A stretch of 64,000 bases of DNA from a virus (taxonomy: Duplodnaviria; Heunggongvirae; Uroviricota; Caudoviricetes). A program made the translations under genes and the position numbers. This document shows positions 61,388 through 64,000 of the stretch, piece after piece (the stretch's first letter is position 1; each line of letters starts with the position of its first letter). Below the pieces are notes generated by a model. The model did not search any database, was not told where the DNA came from, and saw nothing but the letters and a program-made list of their open reading frames with translations. Where the stretch lies: positions 209,301-273,300 of the IMG/VR virus record IMGVR_UViG_3300026302_000005. One strand, given 5' to 3'.

Positions 61388-61620
61388 TCGTCACTTCTCC
61401 AATCACATTCGGTGCATTCCATCCAACCATGCTCGCAATTGCTACATGGGGGCATACGACATGCCGAACAATAGCAGGGTTCCTGGTTTATCACAAGATG
61501 TCCGGTGCAAAAATCACGCCGACACAAATCACCCTCGTCTTCACCAACCGGATCGGTCGTGAAAGACATACCTTTCCCGAAAACGTAATTGTAGTTGATT
61601 TCCGGAATCTGTTCGGACAT
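61384..61620 (-). CDS. Cys-rich Zn-binding protein
   Basis: Multiple CxxC. Confidence 0.7.
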   Translation of the reverse strand: MSEQIPEINYNYVFGKGMSFTTDPVGEDEGDLCRRDFCTGHLVINQEPCYCSACRMPPCSNCEHGWMECTECDWRSDE

Positions 61621-61623
61621 GCC

Positions 61624-62115
61624 TCACCACTCGTCGATGTGATCCATGATGTAGTTGACAGCCTCGAACAGCGATGAGACTTGTTTGATACCGTAACGAT
61701 CACAGACGATATCGACGTTCCCCTTGCGCCAGAACCCATCCGGGCAGATCACGATGAGCTTCTCCGGGAACAGACCCGCACACAGACCAAGCTCCAACAG
61801 ACTGATGGGGGATTTGGTGCCAGACTGGAAATACAGAATGACGACATCTGCTTCCTCGATTTCATCGAGTTCCCAGGTGACCTGGGTGACAAAGTTCTCG
61901 TCATCAATCGACTGCTTCCAGGATGAGTCCCAGTCTTTGCGACGTGGGTTCATCATGCTGATCGGTCTGATCTGCGGCTTCTCGGCGTTCCGAAGAAGTT
62001 TGGCCAAGTGTGGTTGCCATTCCTCGGCGGTGTCCATCTCGATAGAACCACCGGCGAAGACACGTAGGTCAACGCGGTCAGTTTTGGGCGGGTGGGGTGG
62101 ATTGAACTCTTTCAT
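61624..62115 (-). CDS. Nucleoside 2-deoxyribosyltransferase-like protein
   Basis: VFAGGSI, NPRR, QV.WE, SPISLLELGL, FWRKGNV. Confidence 0.88.
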   Translation of the reverse strand: MKEFNPPHPPKTDRVDLRVFAGGSIEMDTAEEWQPHLAKLLRNAEKPQIRPISMMNPRRKDWDSSWKQSIDDENFVTQVTWELDEIEEADVVILYFQSGTKSPISLLELGLCAGLFPEKLIVICPDGFWRKGNVDIVCDRYGIKQVSSLFEAVNYIMDHIDEW

Positions 62116-62147
62116 GATTCTCGTCTACAGGGTTACGTGAGTGTCTG

Positions 62148-62684
62148 TCAATAGGATAGACCCAATGCCGTCGCAAGTGTTGCAGCATACGATTGATCGG
62201 ACAGCTTTCGGCTGGTGTATCGGGAGGATTCACGACGTGGCACGGCGTATGCCAGGTGATCACCAACCGGGGGAATGAGCACATCAGGGACCTTCATCCC
62301 GGGTGTCATCTCCGCCTCAGCCATAATCCAGTAGATGGTGTTTTCTTTGGTTCGGAAGAAATCGATGTCCCAGGTGATGTCCCGGTCTATGATCGTGTAA
62401 CGATCCTTGATCAGGACTTCATCGCACAACGGAAACATGCGTTCGAAACATGCCTGATCGATGATCTACTCGAATTCTTCCACCTCGCCCGTGGGCAAGG
62501 GTAGCTTGTAGGTGAACGTATAGGATGTGGTTTCCCCAAACCCGATGGCCCGGAACCGAGCATCTCGTTTGTAGTAGCATTGTGTGATGCTACACCTGTT
62601 GGCGGGCCCCAGCACGGTTGGATAGTCGGCAAAGCTTTGAAGTAGTGTTGGGTTCAGCACAAACTTCAATTCATTCTCGATCAC
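62148..62684 (-). pseudogene. CYTH-domain triphosphatase/cyclase-like gene interrupted by an in-frame TAG (62466-62468)
   Basis: MIENELKF, Q.Y, R.R, EFE*II, K.RY, DIDFF, AEAE, SRKL; both ORFs share one frame. Confidence 0.7.
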
Positions 62685-62699
62685 GGCGATCTCCTACAT

Positions 62700-62924
62700 T
62701 CATACCCCTGATGTAGGTCTCTTGATCAGCAGATTCAACTCCTCGGCAGCAGAAATAGCCGCGTCGAATTGCTCCGGAGTATCCGCCATCATGGTGGCCC
62801 ACCATAGCTGATCATAACTGACCCCGCTATGGTAGGCATTACCTATGCTGGAGCGAATCCAGTGGAACGGATTGACCTCACCGTAGATATGGTGAGATCG
62901 ATCTGGCTCGTCTTCGTCATGCAT
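62700..62924 (-). CDS. Hypothetical protein (start MHDEDE)
   Basis: Coupled ORF. Confidence 0.6.
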   Translation of the reverse strand: MHDEDEPDRSHHIYGEVNPFHWIRSSIGNAYHSGVSYDQLWWATMMADTPEQFDAAISAAEELNLLIKRPTSGV

Positions 62925-63336
62925 CTTCTTGCTTGCGTCCGAGAGCCCCTGCCACGACCGCACCAAATTTGTTCACAATTGATGCCAATCGCGACTGCCG
63001 AGCTTTCTCGGCGAGTCGGTGTTCTTCGCGCTTTCCGGCCCAACCGGATACAACCGCCACCGGCAACCGGAAGATCGACCCATGTGCGGCCAGGGCACCG
63101 TAGGGGATTTCCTGACGAATCAGCAACAGCGTGGCGATATTGCCTTCGATATCCAGCAGGCGGGCCGAGCAGTGTTCATCGGCGGAACCCGGACTGGTGA
63201 CATCTTTGCGATCCAGGCCATGGCCATGCACAGCATCATTGGAATAGCCGATGCCATCGGTGATCCAGAAGAACTCGCCAACCTGATAGGTTTCGCCGAT
63301 GATCAGGCCGGTGTAGGGGACGGGAAGCATATTCAT
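62917..63336 (-). CDS. Hypothetical protein (start MNMLPV)
   Basis: GAGGA SD. Confidence 0.7.
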   Translation of the reverse strand: MNMLPVPYTGLIIGETYQVGEFFWITDGIGYSNDAVHGHGLDRKDVTSPGSADEHCSARLLDIEGNIATLLLIRQEIPYGALAAHGSIFRLPVAVVSGWAGKREEHRLAEKARQSRLASIVNKFGAVVAGALGRKQEDA

Positions 63337-63343
63337 GATTTCC

Positions 63344-63589
63344 TCATGCGTTGGGGTTTTGACGAACAATCTGGATGATCAACGGATCATCAGGGTCTTC
63401 GGTATTCGGCCCATACTGGAGGGCCGAGGTATCTTTCGGTAGTTCATCCGGCTTCGGGGCGATGAGCGACAGGAAATAGTCAAGCTTACCCGGGATCAAC
63501 CATATTGGCTTCTTGTTCAGGTTGACATAGCTGCGGGCTTCCCGAAACTTCGCCGCAAACAGTTCGGTGGTCAGGGGGCTCTTGGGCAT
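63344..63589 (-). CDS. Hypothetical protein, 81 aa
   Basis: AGGAG SD; TGATG coupling. Confidence 0.6.
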   Translation of the reverse strand: MPKSPLTTELFAAKFREARSYVNLNKKPIWLIPGKLDYFLSLIAPKPDELPKDTSALQYGPNTEDPDDPLIIQIVRQNPNA

Positions 63590-63915
63590 CAATTGCTCCT
63601 GTCGGCTTGGAGAGCATCGAAGTGGGCTTTCCGCTCCGCATCTTGTTTCAACCATCCAGCTTCGGTGGCAGCTTCTCGATCCCGATCTGAGACCACGAAG
63701 TCACATGAGATTGCAGTCCGGTTGTAGGCCCGCTGATACAGCCACGGCTTACCACGGGCCAGTGCCTCGTCATAGGCAGCATCAGCCTCAGCATGGGCCG
63801 GGGCCCGTGGGTTGTTGGCGGCGAAGGCGGAGAGCCAGATTTGCATCTCGGCTGTTTCCACGAATTCGTCATCCGATTTGGATGCCCAATCGATTGGTGT
63901 GTGATCCATGCCCAT
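63589..63915 (-). CDS. Hypothetical phage protein
   Basis: WLSAFAANNPR motif. Confidence 0.7.
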   Translation of the reverse strand: MGMDHTPIDWASKSDDEFVETAEMQIWLSAFAANNPRAPAHAEADAAYDEALARGKPWLYQRAYNRTAISCDFVVSDRDREAATEAGWLKQDAERKAHFDALQADRSN

Positions 63916-64000
63916 CCTCACATATTGAAGCCGACGATCAGCATGTATTTGGACCATGCTGCACCAACCGGGTAGAACCGATGATTCGGGTCGTTTTTCG

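Noticed and set aside
1-64000. Genome-wide TAG reassignment
   Set aside because: TAG closes apparently complete genes (9232, 13273, 16808, 37917), long genes contain no in-frame TAG, and no CUA tRNA is present in the window.
1-64000. CRISPR array, rRNA, integrase or IS element
   Set aside because: No regularly spaced repeats, rRNA-like sequence or recombinase/transposase motifs were seen.

Overview
This is a 64-kb internal segment of a large, distantly T4-related (jumbo-type) lytic phage genome, probably infecting Alphaproteobacteria of the Rhodobacteraceae type. Host clues are GapR, a Hint_2 domain, Omp25-like beta-barrels and a Roseobacter-type lipoprotein. Most genes are short, tightly coupled minus-strand early/middle genes behind TTGAC(A/G)-N17 promoters. 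A plus-strand late block (fibre-like protein, holin-like protein, spanins) lies behind TAAATA motifs. Recognisable genes include an NAD+ salvage pair (NAMPT and NMNAT-Nudix), a family B DNA polymerase split over two frames, a clamp-like protein, a Dda/RecD-like helicase, an Acb2/Tad1-like sponge, two aminoacyl-tRNA-synthetase fragments and several tailoring enzymes. There are about 17 tRNA genes plus 3 tRNA-like or structured RNA elements. The main observation is that tRNA operons are preceded by short leader peptides whose codons match the downstream tRNAs. A leader with CAG-CAA-CAA and a complete protector/antiterminator/terminator attenuator precedes three tRNA-Gln genes. A leader with AAA-CGA-AAG-CGC-CGG-ATT precedes a Lys/Arg/Ile tRNA operon. 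A leader with a lone ATA precedes a tRNA(CAU) of Ile2 type. This looks like ribosome-mediated sensing of tRNA depletion that switches on phage replacement tRNAs. All protein family calls come from motif recognition by eye; no database search or folding program was run.
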